A DNA stretch of 58,812 bases, filler included, from Sphacelaria rigidula (Eukaryota): NCBI GenBank assembly GCA_964200075.2. It is 6 parts of 6 records of this genome, joined end to end, with 100 filler letters (N's around TTAATTAATTAA, not from the genome) between each part and the next. Parts side by side here need not be neighbours in the genome. Positions count along the whole stretch, not along the records: positions 29,461 to 39,178 come from CAXNAA020007904.1; positions 39,279 to 48,995 come from CAXNAA020007905.1; 4 more parts are not named here. One strand, 5' to 3'. Below the pieces are notes generated by a model. That model searched no databases. It was not told where the DNA came from and saw only the letters and a program-made list of their open reading frames with translations. Shown here piece after piece: positions 35,685 through 48,630 of this stretch; position 1 is the first letter of the stretch; each line of letters begins with the position of its first letter. The position numbers were made by a program, and so were the translations under genes.

Positions 35685-38600
35685 AGAACCAACCGACCGA
35701 TGACTGTTGGTTTTTTACGATGAAGTGCCGCTGAGTAGTGTCGTTTCGAGGCTATTTGGGTTTTTGACAAGGAGGGGTCTCGTCTCGGACCGAATCCTGA
35801 CGTTTTGAGAGCTTCTTGTGGCTTGAGCATTGAGGAAACGTGCGTGTAATTTTTGTGCTCGCTTCCCTCCCGCCTCGCGCGTACGAAAGGCGTTTTCAAC
35901 GGTTCGAGTCGGGTCGTCGACATGAGGGGTTGGTCTATTGTATAGGTATTCGTCGCGTTCGAATCGCGGACATGGATGATATTTGAGTGATTTACCCCGA
36001 GTGTTCAGTTGATCGTCTTTCCCTTTCGTCTTGTGCTGCGCTGGTCTCTCGAGGATGCGTTAGGTACACCCACTTCCCGAGATCAGAGGTTTCGTAGAGG
36101 TGGTTAGTTGTGTTTTGTTTCGTGTGGGATATTGTAACCGGTTTTGAATAATTATTGCTCTAGCGGTCCTAGTTGCGTGTGTGCTGCCCCCTTTTTTATT
36201 AAGAGGAACGAACATTTGCTCAGCTTCTTTCCTTGTGTTCGGACTTGTGGGCAGTGCAGACGTTAGAGGGCGAGATGAGGGTAGAGGGGAGTGGTTCGGT
36301 ACCGCTCGTTTGTAATCGAAATCAGAAACAGCTCACCACATGACTTTTCCACTTTAATTCGAGTCCATACGACATATAAAGAACTCCTTGGGTCTTGGCG
36401 CCCATGATGAGGGTTTGACTGCACGAGTTGACTCGGGGCGTGCCATGACTTATCCGCTTGGCCTATTGGCCCCGGTAAAACCTCGAAATCTGTTACTCAT
36501 GCCAACACGCCGCGTTGGTTGGACGAAGTATTGGTTATTTGTGCGCGCTTCAGCAGGTCGCCTTTTATTCTGTTGCGCTGTGCCCGTTTAGGGGTGTCTA
36601 GCCAAATCGTTTTCGTGTAGTAACACGAGCGGTCAAATCGAAAAGCTTGTTCCTCATTTTGTCCACGCTATTTGTTTCCTCAGATGGTTGAGGATATGAA
36701 TGCTGTGGTGGGCGCATCAGGTACGAGCAGATCCGATTCCACCGTAAGATCTCGAGTCGAAAACAAATTGAAAAGGCCTGAGGCGGAAAAGTGTACAGCC
36801 GATCGACTTTGACCAATTTTTTTCGTGAATTTGGCTTTCACTCTACAGCGGTATTTCACATGTCACCCTGCGCAGAGGAAAGTTTGGGCATTTTCCCAGC
36901 CCAGAGTGTTGATTGTTGAAGCCACACTACTTCCCATTTCAATTCCGGGTTGCCTTCGAGAGTTGGGGTCAAAAGGATGGGTCCCAACTAGTGGTGTGGT
37001 GAAGTGACTGAAAACGAGTCCACTACGGCTAAACTGTTGAGATGGCGACTAATGTGATGACAGGAAAGCCTTGCCGAAATATCGGGGTTTCGAACTGCAC
37101 TTACCAACGGGAAACACGTCGAACACTCTGCCCACCTTGTCTGACAATTTGACCGTTGATGGAAATGGAAGATTTGCAGATAACACAGGTGTCACGTACG
37201 AAAAAGCAAACGGTGCACCAGAACGGTCTCAACGAGAGTAGATGTGACGAGGGATAAATATCTTCACCCTTTTTTATCATCCTGGATAAAAAGGCTGCGT
37301 CCTCACTTTCGATGATTGACTTTTCGACCTTGGCCACCTTTACATTTTCGGAACAAACGGGAGACGTCATGGAGAGAACAACATCAGAAGAAACTAGCAG
37401 GTTTCCCCCGTTTTTCACTTTTTGAAAATGCAAAGTTGGAGGGAAAAGATATGTGGCAACCGGAAAATGCAAAAAACAACGTTTTCGTGAAATTGAGAGC
37501 GGAAAATATGATTTGAGTGAAGAGCGGTCAATTAGGGAATCAGTCGTTTCAGTTCCGAAATGCTCCTCCACCAGGCCCAACATTCTCTCTGAACAGTAGT
37601 AGCTTGCCACTGTGGCGCTCGATACCCCTAAGCAGGATATCAAGTAAGTTGTGGCTGTAAACTCCCCACCTCACGAAAACCTTGTTATATATGGGCGATA
37701 TTGATCGCCGGAAACGATTTCAAGCGTGCGTGGGAGAGCCAGCTGCTTATTACTGTGCCCGACTTTTTTGTCAGTTGAATTTACGTGGAAGCATCTACGA
37801 GCTGGGCCAGCCTACAAGCGGATTTGAGCGCTAAAAACAATATCTCGTCGACACAAACGAGTGGGGTCGTGATCCGCATATCGTATCAATCGTCTAACCA
37901 AGGGGAAGGTGCCCATCTGCTCAAAAGTTTGGGCCCATATTTTCTCGTTCATTAAACTCAATGTCTAGTAATTCCTATACCTGAGGGAGATATGTAGCGC
38001 CCATAATAAAATCTCTATGAAGCCCCCGATCGATGCATTATTTAGCGGATGGTGACGAATTTTGGCGTGGACATTCTCCGGAGCAAGGGGAGACGACAGA
38101 TATCCTCACCTTCACCGAATTTGTCATCTATCCCGAGATAATGGCGCACATAAGTTTCCATACTAAAATCAATATATTACGAGCAGAGGCACTAGATGCC
38201 TTAAATCTGGATATCGCGTCTCAGTTTTTGAGAGTTGTTCCTTGAAATTTCGTCTGGTGAACCGCCAGTGCATAATAAAAAACATAAAAACAGCTTGTTA
38301 CCTTTATCATTTTCCATTTTTTTTCGAGTTTTTAGTCGAGTTTCGAGGAAAAATGTACATTGCTGTTAGGCCCTACCTCAATGTTTTTTTAGCTCCATTT
38401 CTAGAATTGTGATTTGAAAGCTAGCATGGAAAACCACAAAAGAGTGCCGAATAGAAAAAAAAGGGGGCCTTCATTTCTTTCTTTTCATAGAGGTTAGGGC
38501 GTTCTCGTGAAGAAATAGTCTTCATCATACTAAAACGCCCTCAACCAGTGAAAAAATGAAAAGAAAAAAACTGACTCACTGAGTTTTGTTAATTTTGCGC

Positions 38601-38702
38601 TGGCGAGGGCCCACACAGAATTTCAATACACAACCACCAAACGTGGGCCGGTGAGTGGCCTGCGAAATACTGCTCCGAATTTCTACCGATCCGGTTCTTG
38701 AA

Positions 38703-38979
38703 AGGCGAATGCGCCGGCCAATATTTAGAGTTGGACCCCGAATATTGGTATGGACAATGCATAGAACATAATAAAAAACTCGGGGAAAAGCACCAGATTT
38801 TTTTTTTTTCGTGAGTTAGGGGCAATAATCAGTTTTCACGTTTCAGTAAAACGCCCTTAACTCACGAAAAAAAAATGAAGACCTTCTGGTACTCCTTTTC
38901 GATTTCTTATTATATTCTATGCGTTTTCCATACTAATTTCAGGGTCTCCAACTCTAAATATTGGTCGGCGCATTCGCCT
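38703..38979. repeat. ~280-bp imperfect palindrome
   Basis: AGGCGAATGCGCCGGCCAATATTTAGAGTTGGA...TTTTCGTGAGTTAGGGGC is mirrored by GCCCTTAACTCACGAAAA...TCCAACTCTAAATATTGGTCGGCGCATTCGCCT. Confidence 0.88.
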
Positions 38980-39514
38980 GCAAACTTCCATGCCGCCTCT
39001 AGGCTGGCCCAGGTCGTAAAGCTTGCCTCCTCAAACCAGCCACTATTATTTTCATTATTATTCTGGGGGGTCATTTTCCCCGACAACACCAATTTCGGGC
39101 TCAAAACGTCCCCCTTTTCGCCCCGATATCGAGGCGAAAAGGTGCTTTCGCACATACGCTTTGGTGGCTCGGAAGACGNNNNNNNNNNNNNNNNNNNNNN
39201 NNNNNNNNNNNNNNNNNNNNNNTTAATTAATTAANNNNNNNNNNNNNNNNNNNNNNNNNNNNNNNNNNNNNNNNNNNNTGGTCAAACGACTAAGGCAAGC
39301 AACAAATGAGTACGCCCACCCCCCGCCCCCCGGCTTTCGCAACCAGAGCTTGTCCGGTCGCTTTGGCAATTTTGCCCTGTACAGATAAATTTAAGTGAGC
39401 ACTTCGGACGTGTTTTTTCTTTTACTTCTCTATCACGCGGAAAATGAATACTCGTAGTGTTTTTGACCATTTATTTCGTGTTCACTTGTTAGTCCACGTA
39501 ATAAAAGGGAACAA

Positions 39515-40494
39515 ACAGCTCGATCGTCCTTCTGTACCCCTAGCATAAGCTAAGAACGCTCAAAACCTCCTTGAGCTGTGACAGAAAAACGCGCCGATCT
39601 TCCCCTTGTTTCATCTTCAACCCATTGAGCTTGTGCTCAAATAAATTGATATTCGCGTTGGTCAAGGGCAAAACGTGATTATTTATCACACGACATGTCT
39701 TACTGGGGGGTTTGCGTTGCTAGTCATTGCTCTTACCCTTTTGCATGTTATTCAATCATCCAGATGTCACCAAGCAGGCTGTGCTTGCTTGATTTGGCTC
39801 GCCGTAAAGCCGTGCTCAACCAAAGGTGCTGAATCTATTCCGATATCAGCAACTGGAATATCATCAGCAGTATAGAGTAAGCTGCATATAATCCACATTG
39901 CGTGACATGTATAGAACAAAGCTCTTTCCATGATGGGAATTCCATAGTAGTGCCATCGAATTTCAAACCAGCAGGTACTCGAGTACCTCTAAGTCCTAAA
40001 GACGACGCGCCACCTGTGTTTGTGTTACCACCTCCGAAACTCGATCCAAACACCTCTACATTTTCTCACCATTAAGGAGTACCTACCGCTGGTGGGCGTG
40101 AAAGACCTAGGCCTGGTATACCTGGTGAGCTCTCCGAAAGACCCAGGCCTTGAATATCTGCTGATCTCCCATGATGAGCTGGGGCTGCGGTTTGCAATGC
40201 CGCTGCTGCTCTTCTGTCGGTGACACCTACTCCACGCCTTCCGACGTACTCTGTGCTAGATGCTCCCGGCGCGCCATCTTCGACAGAGGACTCCCCGCGA
40301 CCTTCACTCTAGCTGCTGCTTCCCCCTGGACCCCTGAGGCTTCGTTCGAGTAGGTCTCTGAGCTCCCGGAGTTTCGCTCTGAGATCTTGATTATCTCTTT
40401 TAATCTTAGCATTGTTTTGGCGAACTTGAGCCAGGCTTTCTTCTTGTGTAGTAGAAGAGCTACTCCCATCTACTGAACTCACAGGCGTAGGCAT
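39515..40494 (-). mobile_element. Ty1/copia-like gag remnant (frameshifted)
   Basis: LKFDGTTMEFPSWK and VLPLTNANINLFEHKLNGLKMKQGEDRRVFLSQLKEVLSVL..GVQKDDR resemble copia gag (UBN2-type) motifs. Confidence 0.65.
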
Positions 40495-40859
40495 TTGGTT
40501 ACACTTGATCAGTCTGTAATATCAGTGATGAATGCCTTCCCTGAGCAGTGTGTTCTCAATGATAGAAGAAACAAGCAACAGTGCTAGGAAACAAAAGAGA
40601 GTGGGTAAGTGTGCGTGCACTTCTGTACCCATCCGTCCTCATCGATTTATTATGATTCTAACGGCTGAGAACTCTCCTCAAAATCAAGGATAGAGAACTG
40701 ACATACAGTACACTTCACGAATACCTCAAGAATCTTCCTACGGACAGTTCTTCTACTATGATACTGCAATGACCCGAAATATATCGTGCAACATTCCGAA
40801 GGATATCTGCTACTGTAGAATTGACCAAAACATGAACACATCCATCTCGCGCGAATAAC

Positions 40860-41262
40860 GGGTGGGAGACATGTGATTCACACTCTATGAAATGACAGGT
40901 GAACAGCATAATGTACACGATTCATACCTTACAAATGGATGGTGGGGAACATGTGCCCATGATTCATCCCGCATGACCTGAAGAGTGGGTTCTATGCACA
41001 ATTCATTCACCTCGCACGAATTACACGTGGGAGAGATGTACATGCGATTCATGTCGTATGAAATGACGGGTGAAAAACGTCTACCGACGATTCGCTCTGT
41101 ACAAATGTATGGTGCAAAACATGTACCTACGATTCATCCCGCATGAACTAAAGGGTGGGGAATGATTCATCCCGCATGAACCAAAGAGGGCTAACATGTA
41201 CACATGATTCATCCCGCATAAACTGGAGGGGATAAATGTGTGCGCATGATTCACGCCGTACT
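40860..41262. repeat. Diverged minisatellite, ~43-bp unit, about 10 copies
   Basis: Periodic ATGT...GATTCATCCCGCATGA core. Confidence 0.85.
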
Positions 41263-42654
41263 AAAGGAAGATAGAAGACACGTATCTTCGACAGTGTACC
41301 ACACCAATCATGAACCCGGAATGTGTACACGTCAAGTGGTGTCGTACAAATCACGAACCCTAAACATGTACAAACGAATAATGATGGACGAATCGTATGA
41401 TTGATTCGTTCAAATGTTGAACATGAGGAGTTGAATACCTATTTTGTTCGTCCGAACCTCGCTCTATCGTTCTCTCCCTGTCGCTTTTACGTCTGTTTAT
41501 TCCTTGCTTGATCTTTCTTCCCGTCTCCGGTTTGGTCTTCGTCTTTATGCTTTGGGCCGTCATTTCCTCTCCCCTTTCTCTTCCGGGCATTTTCTGATTG
41601 TCCTTGCTTCTTGTTACCCATTCGCTCTTTACTTCTACACCCACCCTTCCTTGCCGTCTGTCTCTCTCTCGCGGTCTATTTCGAGGGCATCTTCAGCTTG
41701 TTTGGTTTAAGTTTCGAAATGGAACGTGGGCAATCTACAACTTGGACATCCCAATTCTAGCACTTGTGGGGAGTTTGGTGTATTTCGGTTCTTCTTCTGG
41801 CTCACCGGCACTAAATGATGCCTCCAACACGGGCATTTAGCCTGAAGCCAAGTCCAACACCTTCAACACAAGTACTACCCCTGCCAGGCGATCTACACGG
41901 CAAACCATCCAGGCGTCCCACGATCGTATCATCTATCTTCTTGTCCCACTGCTGTACTGGTTTCTTCCCTCCGGGGACGTCATTTTCACCGTGTAAGGTT
42001 CAAGGGCGGCTTACACAACACAAGGTCTTACTCACACATAGGGATGTCCCGTACATTACCACTTCCTTTCACTCTGTGTACGATTCACCATGGGTCGCTA
42101 CCCCACTAGTTCTTCCAAGTAGATCTTCGCAAAAAAAGCTTGGCCAGCCATTCCCTCACACTTGTCCAATTTGTATCCTTCAAGATCCCGAGATGTCTAC
42201 TTACCGCTTGGTGCTCCTCCTCGTTGGTCATGCGATCGGTCATTGGTGAGGTGTTTGTTTCATGAGTGCGGTAGGTCTTAGCATTCATGTCATGCATATT
42301 CCACCCCTTCCCTCCATTAGACGCCTGTACACGTAGTGTCGGGAATTTAGGAAACCGGATGACCAAAATTCCGCCGCCCGCTGGAGATCGGTAAAGTTTT
42401 CCCCGTATCTCACCACGACACCCAACCTCCACGTGAATTCAACACGTCAGGGTGGCCCAATCCTGTTGGTACTTGTCATGTCTTTGAATTTTCAATGTTA
42501 ATGTGAGGTGGTCAACCTTCACGCTATTACTCTCATATATAGGTCTTGTTTTATTTCATTTCTTACCTTTGTTATCATATGGGATGAAGAATCTCGATTG
42601 TTTTGCGTTTTGATATAGGGAGATAAAATGTTTTTTCTCGCTCTTTTATCCCTA

Positions 42655-43225
42655 TATTCGGGCTGTGTTATAGTCGGTTAAAGACAAAAATGGTTGACTT
42701 CGTTATTTCATGTCTATGTCCCGGCTGTGTTATAGTAGATGAAAGAAAACGGATGGTTGACTTCGTTTTTCCATGGCTTTTCCCGGACTGCATTATGATA
42801 GGTTAAACAAATATGGCTACCTTCGTCATTCCACGTCCATGTCCGGGCGGTGTTATGGTAGGTTGGAGAAAACGGATGCTTAGCTTCGTTATTTCATGTC
42901 TATGTCCGGGCTATGTTATAGTAGCTTAAAGCAACAAGTTTTAGCTTCGTTATTTCATGTTCATGTCCGGGCTATGTTTTGGTAGGTTAAAGCAACAAGT
43001 TTTATCTTCGTTATTTCATGTTCATATCCGAGCTGTGTTATGGTATGTGAAAGAAATTGATAGCTAGCCTTGTTATATCATGTCCGTGTCCGGGCTGTTT
43101 TTTGGCATGTTAAACACAGATGTGGTTGGCTTCGCTGACTCGTGTCCATGTCCTGGCATTGTTATAGTAGGTTGAAGAAAAGGATGATAAGTTTCGTCAT
43201 TTCCGGTCTATCTCCGGGCTGTCTT
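42655..43225. repeat. Minisatellite, ~60-63-bp unit, about 9 copies
   Basis: Periodic CTTCGTTATTTCATGTCTATGTCCGGGCTGTGTTATAGTAGGTTAAAG. One more partial unit near 43402 follows an A/G-rich tract. Confidence 0.92.
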
Positions 43226-43655
43226 CTGGAGGCGGAAAATACAAAACAAAATCAGCAACAGAAACAGAAAATTGTGGGAAAGAAAAGGAAGAACGAAAAA
43301 GGGGGTGAAAGAAAAAAAGAAAAAAAGAAATAAAGGAGCATAAAAACGGGAAAATAGAAAAAAAACAAAAGAGAGAAGAAAAGAAGAAGAAGAAACGGAC
43401 GGCTTCGTCATCTCGTGTCTGTTTCCAGTTTGTTTCTTACTGTGAGGAAACAAAATTCGTTTTTCGTTCGTTGGTGTCTAGTATATCTGTTGGTCTAGGG
43501 AATTATTTTGTCTATTGGCAGTCTGCAGTTTATGTACGATGACATTCTACACATTTCATGTCTAGGATCTGGTGGGTTGGTTACAGCGCCATCGCCACTT
43601 GACGCCAACCGAAGAGTCTAGATGTGAGGGGAGGCTCCACCCGGGGGGGGGGGGG

Positions 43656-43810
43656 TTCTCATGATCGTGCATGCCATAGTCATAAGACCATTGACCTCGC
43701 ATCCCTACAAAGCCGGAACGGACCGCGCCGGGTTTTCGCCGGACCAGGCTCGCGATCACCAAGCGCGAAGCGCCGCGGTGTGTCCGGTGAATCGCATGAA
43801 GGGTGAGCTG
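43656..43810 (-). mobile_element. Poly-G/C-abutting retroposon, subfamily B (other copies 48841-48995, 53999-54097)
   Basis: G-run followed by TCATGATCGTGCATGCCATAGTCATAAGACCATTGACCTCGCATCC...CCGGGTTTTCGCCGGACCAGG; collinear among the three copies. Confidence 0.8.
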
Positions 43811-44859
43811 CATCCTGCCAAGATTTTTCGGCCCGAAGCCTACTGATTATTTGCATTTGGATGACAAGCCTGCAATGAGTTACTTAACTTTTTGGTATCG
43901 CCACTTCCTGAGACAGCCACGTCTTATACACTGCCTCATGGGTGTCTCACGATGCGGGGGCGGTGGGAGGGGGCGTCAATTTTGCATCGCAACCAGCAGC
44001 ACTGTCTACGCTGCCGCACTAAGCACCCGAGCGTTGCACAGTACTACTACTATACCGTGAACTGTTGAGCTGTATACTGTAGACCTGTCACGCTGTGTAC
44101 TATAGGTATGTGTATGTATATATATATATATATGTGATCCCCAAACTTCACCTCTGATGAAGGTCGTAATGAATGGAGCTGTATTTTTTCAGACTTTTCA
44201 GACTTTTGGGGGGGAAAAAAAAACTTTCCCCGAGAAATGTGACAGCAGGGTTCTCAACCAGGTGGAGGAATATAACAATTCAAGACTGATTATATATTAA
44301 ATCGACAATCTATCGTTGGCTGTTTCTCCCTTTTGAAACAAACTCGGAAAAATGCGATGAAACGTCGAAAGAAATGTGAAAATAACCACCTCCCCCCCGC
44401 TCCCCCTGGGTGAACATAGTATTTCTGACCGCTGGGTGAGCAGGAATATACCATCACTTTTCAACATGATTCCCCAGACAGCGGTCTGTTGGAAAAACAA
44501 CAGCACAAACACAAAAGACAAGAACACGGAGAAAATCGGTTGTGAGTGCGCCAAGCAGCGCATAATAACGTGTAAGCAAGAGCTTCTAAATCAACAACTC
44601 AAACCTGTTTCAAGATCGTTATTAACGGCGCTGTTTTGTTTTCAAGCGTTCACGACTTTTTTTTAAACGAAAACTTCCTCTCCGAAAGCAAATTTCTAAA
44701 TCCAGCGAAGAAGTAGCACAATCTAAGATTGACGACGTATTGCTCGGATAACCTGGCGTTTGGCGTTTGTATCGACATTTCTTTTGTGTGAAAAGTTTGG
44801 AAAATTTCCGAAAAAGTCGGCGATGTCTGAGAAAAAATCAGTAGAGCTGAGGATTTTTA

Positions 44860-45143
44860 CGTGAACAATGGTTGGCACTCGATTTTACTTGATTTTAGAC
44901 TAAACAAAGTTCTGAGAAAACTCATGGTCTGGGCCAGGTGAGCAGTGGACCCAGCTCGTCCAGAACGTGTTTTGGTCCATAATCGGCTGAAAGGCGTCGA
45001 TTTGAGCTCTGACAACGCACACTTTACCCAGGAAACACTCTGAACCCCCTTGCCCGAGGGTTCTCGGCATGCCTTGGTCGGGGTTAGGGTTAGGGTTAGC
45101 GTTAGCGTTGGCGGTATCTCCATCGTACCAACCATTGTTTACG
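44860..45143. mobile_element. 284-bp MITE with TA TSD (Tc1/mariner-type) carrying internal telomeric repeats
   Basis: TA/CGTGAACAATGGTTGGCAC ... GTACCAACCATTGTTTACG/TA; GGGTTAGGGTTAGGGTTAGCGTTAGCG at about 45082-45107. Confidence 0.8.
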
Positions 45144-45624
45144 TACAAATCCTCAGGTCGCTTCGAAAAATCCCGTTAATACAGACCCTAAGCGGTGGGA
45201 TACTTTCGGAATTTTTCCATTGGCTTTTCCATTTTTCGATTGGAAAAATAGAAAACGATAGTTACATGACGACTTGTTGGGGTTTTCAACATCCCATTTC
45301 AATGTGTCATTGCAACGCTGCAGCACCCAACACCGCCATGATCGCCCCGTAGAATAGCAAGACCATAAAGAAGGGTGCAGTACAGTCATGCTGTGTGCAG
45401 TGCGGGCCTTGGCGGTCGCTAAACAAGCGAGAGAGCAACGAGTATAGTTTCGGGCGCTGAACACGTTCCGATCGGAAAAGGAAACGTACACTGCGATGAC
45501 AAGGTGCTCGTGGAACTTCCATCCTTGGTCACACATTTCATCTTTTTTGGAAAGCGGTCATAGAAAGTGGTCGGACTCAGGAAATTGCGGGGGAAAATAT
45601 CACTTTTCCCCCTTTAGAACAGAA

Positions 45625-45898
45625 CTTTTCACGGGAAGACGGGGCGGAACAGGATGAGATTCCATTCTCTCAAAGGCTACGTGACGGGACGACATTAAAA
45701 AAGCATGTTTTGTGAAAAAATGACAAGATATGGGATCAGAAGTCTTCATTTTGCCAATGAAATTTCGGGACGGAAAGCACGCCCCTCAAAACATGACGGC
45801 ACGGCACGGGACGTTTGGGAATATTTGAAAACACGACGGGGCGGGACGGATCGGGAAGGGACGGGGCGGGACGGAACGGGTAGTCCGCCCCGTGGAAG
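45625..45898. mobile_element. Probable MITE with short TIRs and GGGACG-rich interior
   Basis: TTTCACGGG...CCCGTGGAA ends with many ACGGG/GGGACGG motifs inside; no clear TSD. Confidence 0.45.
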
Positions 45899-46292
45899 AT
45901 GATCAGGCGGGTCGGGAGAACTCGTTTGTTCCGTTGTTTTTACCGCGATATATTCCGCCGGTGAAAATCCCTGGTGAAACTTCCTGGTAAAAACTCTGGG
46001 CCAGAGCAGCCCTTAATTGGTAGTACATAGGCGCGCAGGCAATGACGGGCGATGGCTGCTGAGGCAACCTGCTACTACACCCCTTGCTGTACTGGCAGAT
46101 ATCTGCTGGCGTTTGAGTACATTGCTCCACCCTGGCGAACATATGCTCAAGTTTGGAAAGGTTGTTCTGAACTAGCCAATTTCTCCAACGATTAGGGAAA
46201 TGCATCAAAAACTTCAAGACTACCGCTTGCAGAGCATTTGAGGAAATAGTGTCAAACCGACACAAGATATTCCACGAATGTTGGACAATCAC

Positions 46293-46638
46293 GACTGATG
46301 CCGCGATAGCCCCCCCAAAAGACCAAAATGGCGACCCGTCTCGAAAGGGATGCGTGGTCAATGGTCAAACGACTAAGGCAAGCAACAAATGAGTACGCCC
46401 CCCCAAAATACAACAAAAGATGGTTGGTTTGAGGATGCAAAATCTACACGCAACTCAAAATGAGGAAAGACGAGCACACCGAGCAGCTTGGAACTCCCAC
46501 GCTCCGGATCGTTTTCGACAGTGTCGCCCATATGGGGCGCTTCATGGAGTCTGGAACCAGCTATTACGCGCTGTATGACCATTTCCTTCGTGACAGTCTT
46601 GGGGCAGGTTTGGGGGGGAGTCTATCGCGGCATCACCC
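46293..46638. mobile_element. MITE (258 bp without its insert) carrying a retroposon insertion in its poly-C tract
   Basis: TIR TGATGCCGCGATAG at both ends. The core is the inverted homologue of 46980-47233. GCCCCCCCAAAA is duplicated 88 bp apart (46309, 46397). No intact outer TSD. Confidence 0.75.
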
Positions 46639-46979
46639 ATTTGCTGCGGAGTGTAAGAGACGTTCTGTGTTCTGCCCTGTCGTAAGAGTACACCTTTCAT
46701 GTAGCACGCTCGATTCTTTGTTATTTTTTAAACTGAGAAACGTCCAAAATAAGCAGGAAGTGGCAGCGATGGTTGGTCGTGAGTCTACGTCGAGCTTTTT
46801 GAGTTATCAGAAACTTCGAAAAATCGCGCAATGGCATCGGTACCAGCTACAACTATACAAGAAAGTTCATGCCATCACGGCCTCGAAACACACGCTGTCT
46901 TGGTCCGAACTTTGTTATTGGAGAGTTTCCTTACCGCGTGGAAGCACGAGCATGCGTGCAGATGCCTGGGAGAGCACGG

Positions 46980-47233
46980 GACACTTTCTACGATACCCCC
47001 CCCCCCCCCAAACCAGCCCAAAAGTGTCACGAAAAAAATGGCCATACAGCGCCTCATGTTTGGGTTCAGGCTGCTTGAAGCGCCTCATATTGGCAACATT
47101 AGCGAGAACGAACCAAAGCGTGGGAATTCCCACCTTCTCGCTGTGCTCAGCTTTTTCCACTTCGATTTACGTGAACATTTTGCGTCCCAAAACCATGCAC
47201 TTTTTGGGGGGGGGGGCTATCGTAGAAAGTGTC
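46980..47233. mobile_element. 254-bp MITE with 4-bp TSD
   Basis: TIRs GACACTTTCTACGATA(G)CCCCCCC; TSD ACGG at 46976-46979 and 47234-47237. Confidence 0.88.
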
Positions 47234-48338
47234 ACGGCAACGTCGTACACTATGCAACTGCCTGTATTGCGTTGTGTACCCGCTCTATTCATGTGCCTGA
47301 AGAAACCGAGTGTTATCGCGACACTTTGTGTAGAGTGGAGCTTGACTGCGAGATGTGTTTGATTCGATCGATTGCCTGCTTGCGATACTCGTTGAGTAGT
47401 CAAGTCATTGCTGATGATGAAATTATGTTCAAGGGGTTCAGTCGCGGCCACAAGGTAATTGTCCAATATGATCCATTTGTCTGGAAGTGTACTGAACTAT
47501 GCCACTGATCAAAGCATAAAAAAGTCACACTGCTTCCCCCTGGGCCTTGCCCCCATGCCACTTTATAGGATAAGGGGTGAGTACGAGAGTTCTTCCCAAT
47601 TGATACATAACTGTGCAGCATGCCGTGGCTCATCAACCCGTGATTCATTGTACAGTATATTGTTCAACCAAGGCCGTCATTTTTCGCGTATTTCCAACCA
47701 CCGATAGATCTAGCGTCGATCTTTGGCATCTGGCACCCGGAGCTGAGGAGGTAATGAATTAAACAGAATGCAAATCTGAAAGCAACTTCGATATTCAACG
47801 TTGTGCTGCATCCGATTCCACGCAGGGGATGTTTGCGTCTCATCTCAACGTGCGTCTCCCTGGAGACATGTTCCTGGATCACTCGCTCCCGCTGGACCCC
47901 AAGGGAACGAACTTTTCTGCAAGCGCACTATTGTGTCGACTCGTGTGTGTCTGGGCTTTCCCGGCTCAATAGGTGGGCGCGAAGTGATTACTGCAACGGG
48001 GAGCCAGTTCGCTGTTTTTTTCACGTCTCTTCGCCTGTGCCCCTCTGTCTGCTATTATTTCATGTTTGTCTCTGTTCCCCTATCTCTGCACTCCTAAATC
48101 TCTGAATCGCTTAAGCTCTGACATCTCTGAATCTCTCAGCCCATGAATTCATGAATTACTCTTCCTGCCTTCGAAGCTGTACGGAGTGCACCCACCCTCC
48201 CCCCCCCGCGCGCGCCGGTTCATCTGACAAATATTCTCCCGTGTCAAGCTTCTCAAAAACTCGTGGTGGAGACACCGTGAAACGTTGGTGTCTTGAAGAG
48301 GTCTGAGTAAAGTATCCCGTCCATACATTGCACCGGTC

Positions 48339-48630
48339 GCCCCGGTTGCACACTTGGTAACCTCAAAACCTCCTGACGGTTGGATCGTGGGTTCGAATCC
48401 CGGTGCAGTCACATTATCTGGGATTTTTTTTCACACAATGCCCAACAGCGTAGAGCGACTATGTCGTGGGCACACAATACTCGACTTCACGATCGACGAG
48501 GGAGAGGAAGTGCTGAACCCCTCTCGCGAAAAGAAAAGAATAAGGTAAACACCACAGAATAAAGGTGGGGAATTAAAGGCAAGAAGGAAAGAACTCGTGT
48601 GTTGGCCTTCCTCCTGTGTGACCCCGGCTG
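48339..48630 (+). mobile_element. tRNA-derived SINE, 5' part
   Basis: Degenerate A box TTGCACACTTGG, anticodon-like arm AACC-7nt-GGTT and perfect B box GGTTCGAATCC at 48390-48400; no acceptor stem. The 3' boundary is approximate. Confidence 0.65.

Noticed and set aside
42655-43225. CRISPR-like regularly spaced repeats (also 40860-41262 and 58186-58605)
   Set aside because: The whole unit is repeated with no unique spacers, there are no cas genes, and the context is eukaryotic.
46460-47508. 300-aa and 225-aa ORFs
   Set aside because: They run through MITEs and homopolymer tracts; chance open frames.
48339-48410. Possible tRNA gene
   Set aside because: B box present but no pairable acceptor stem and a degenerate D arm; better read as a SINE head.
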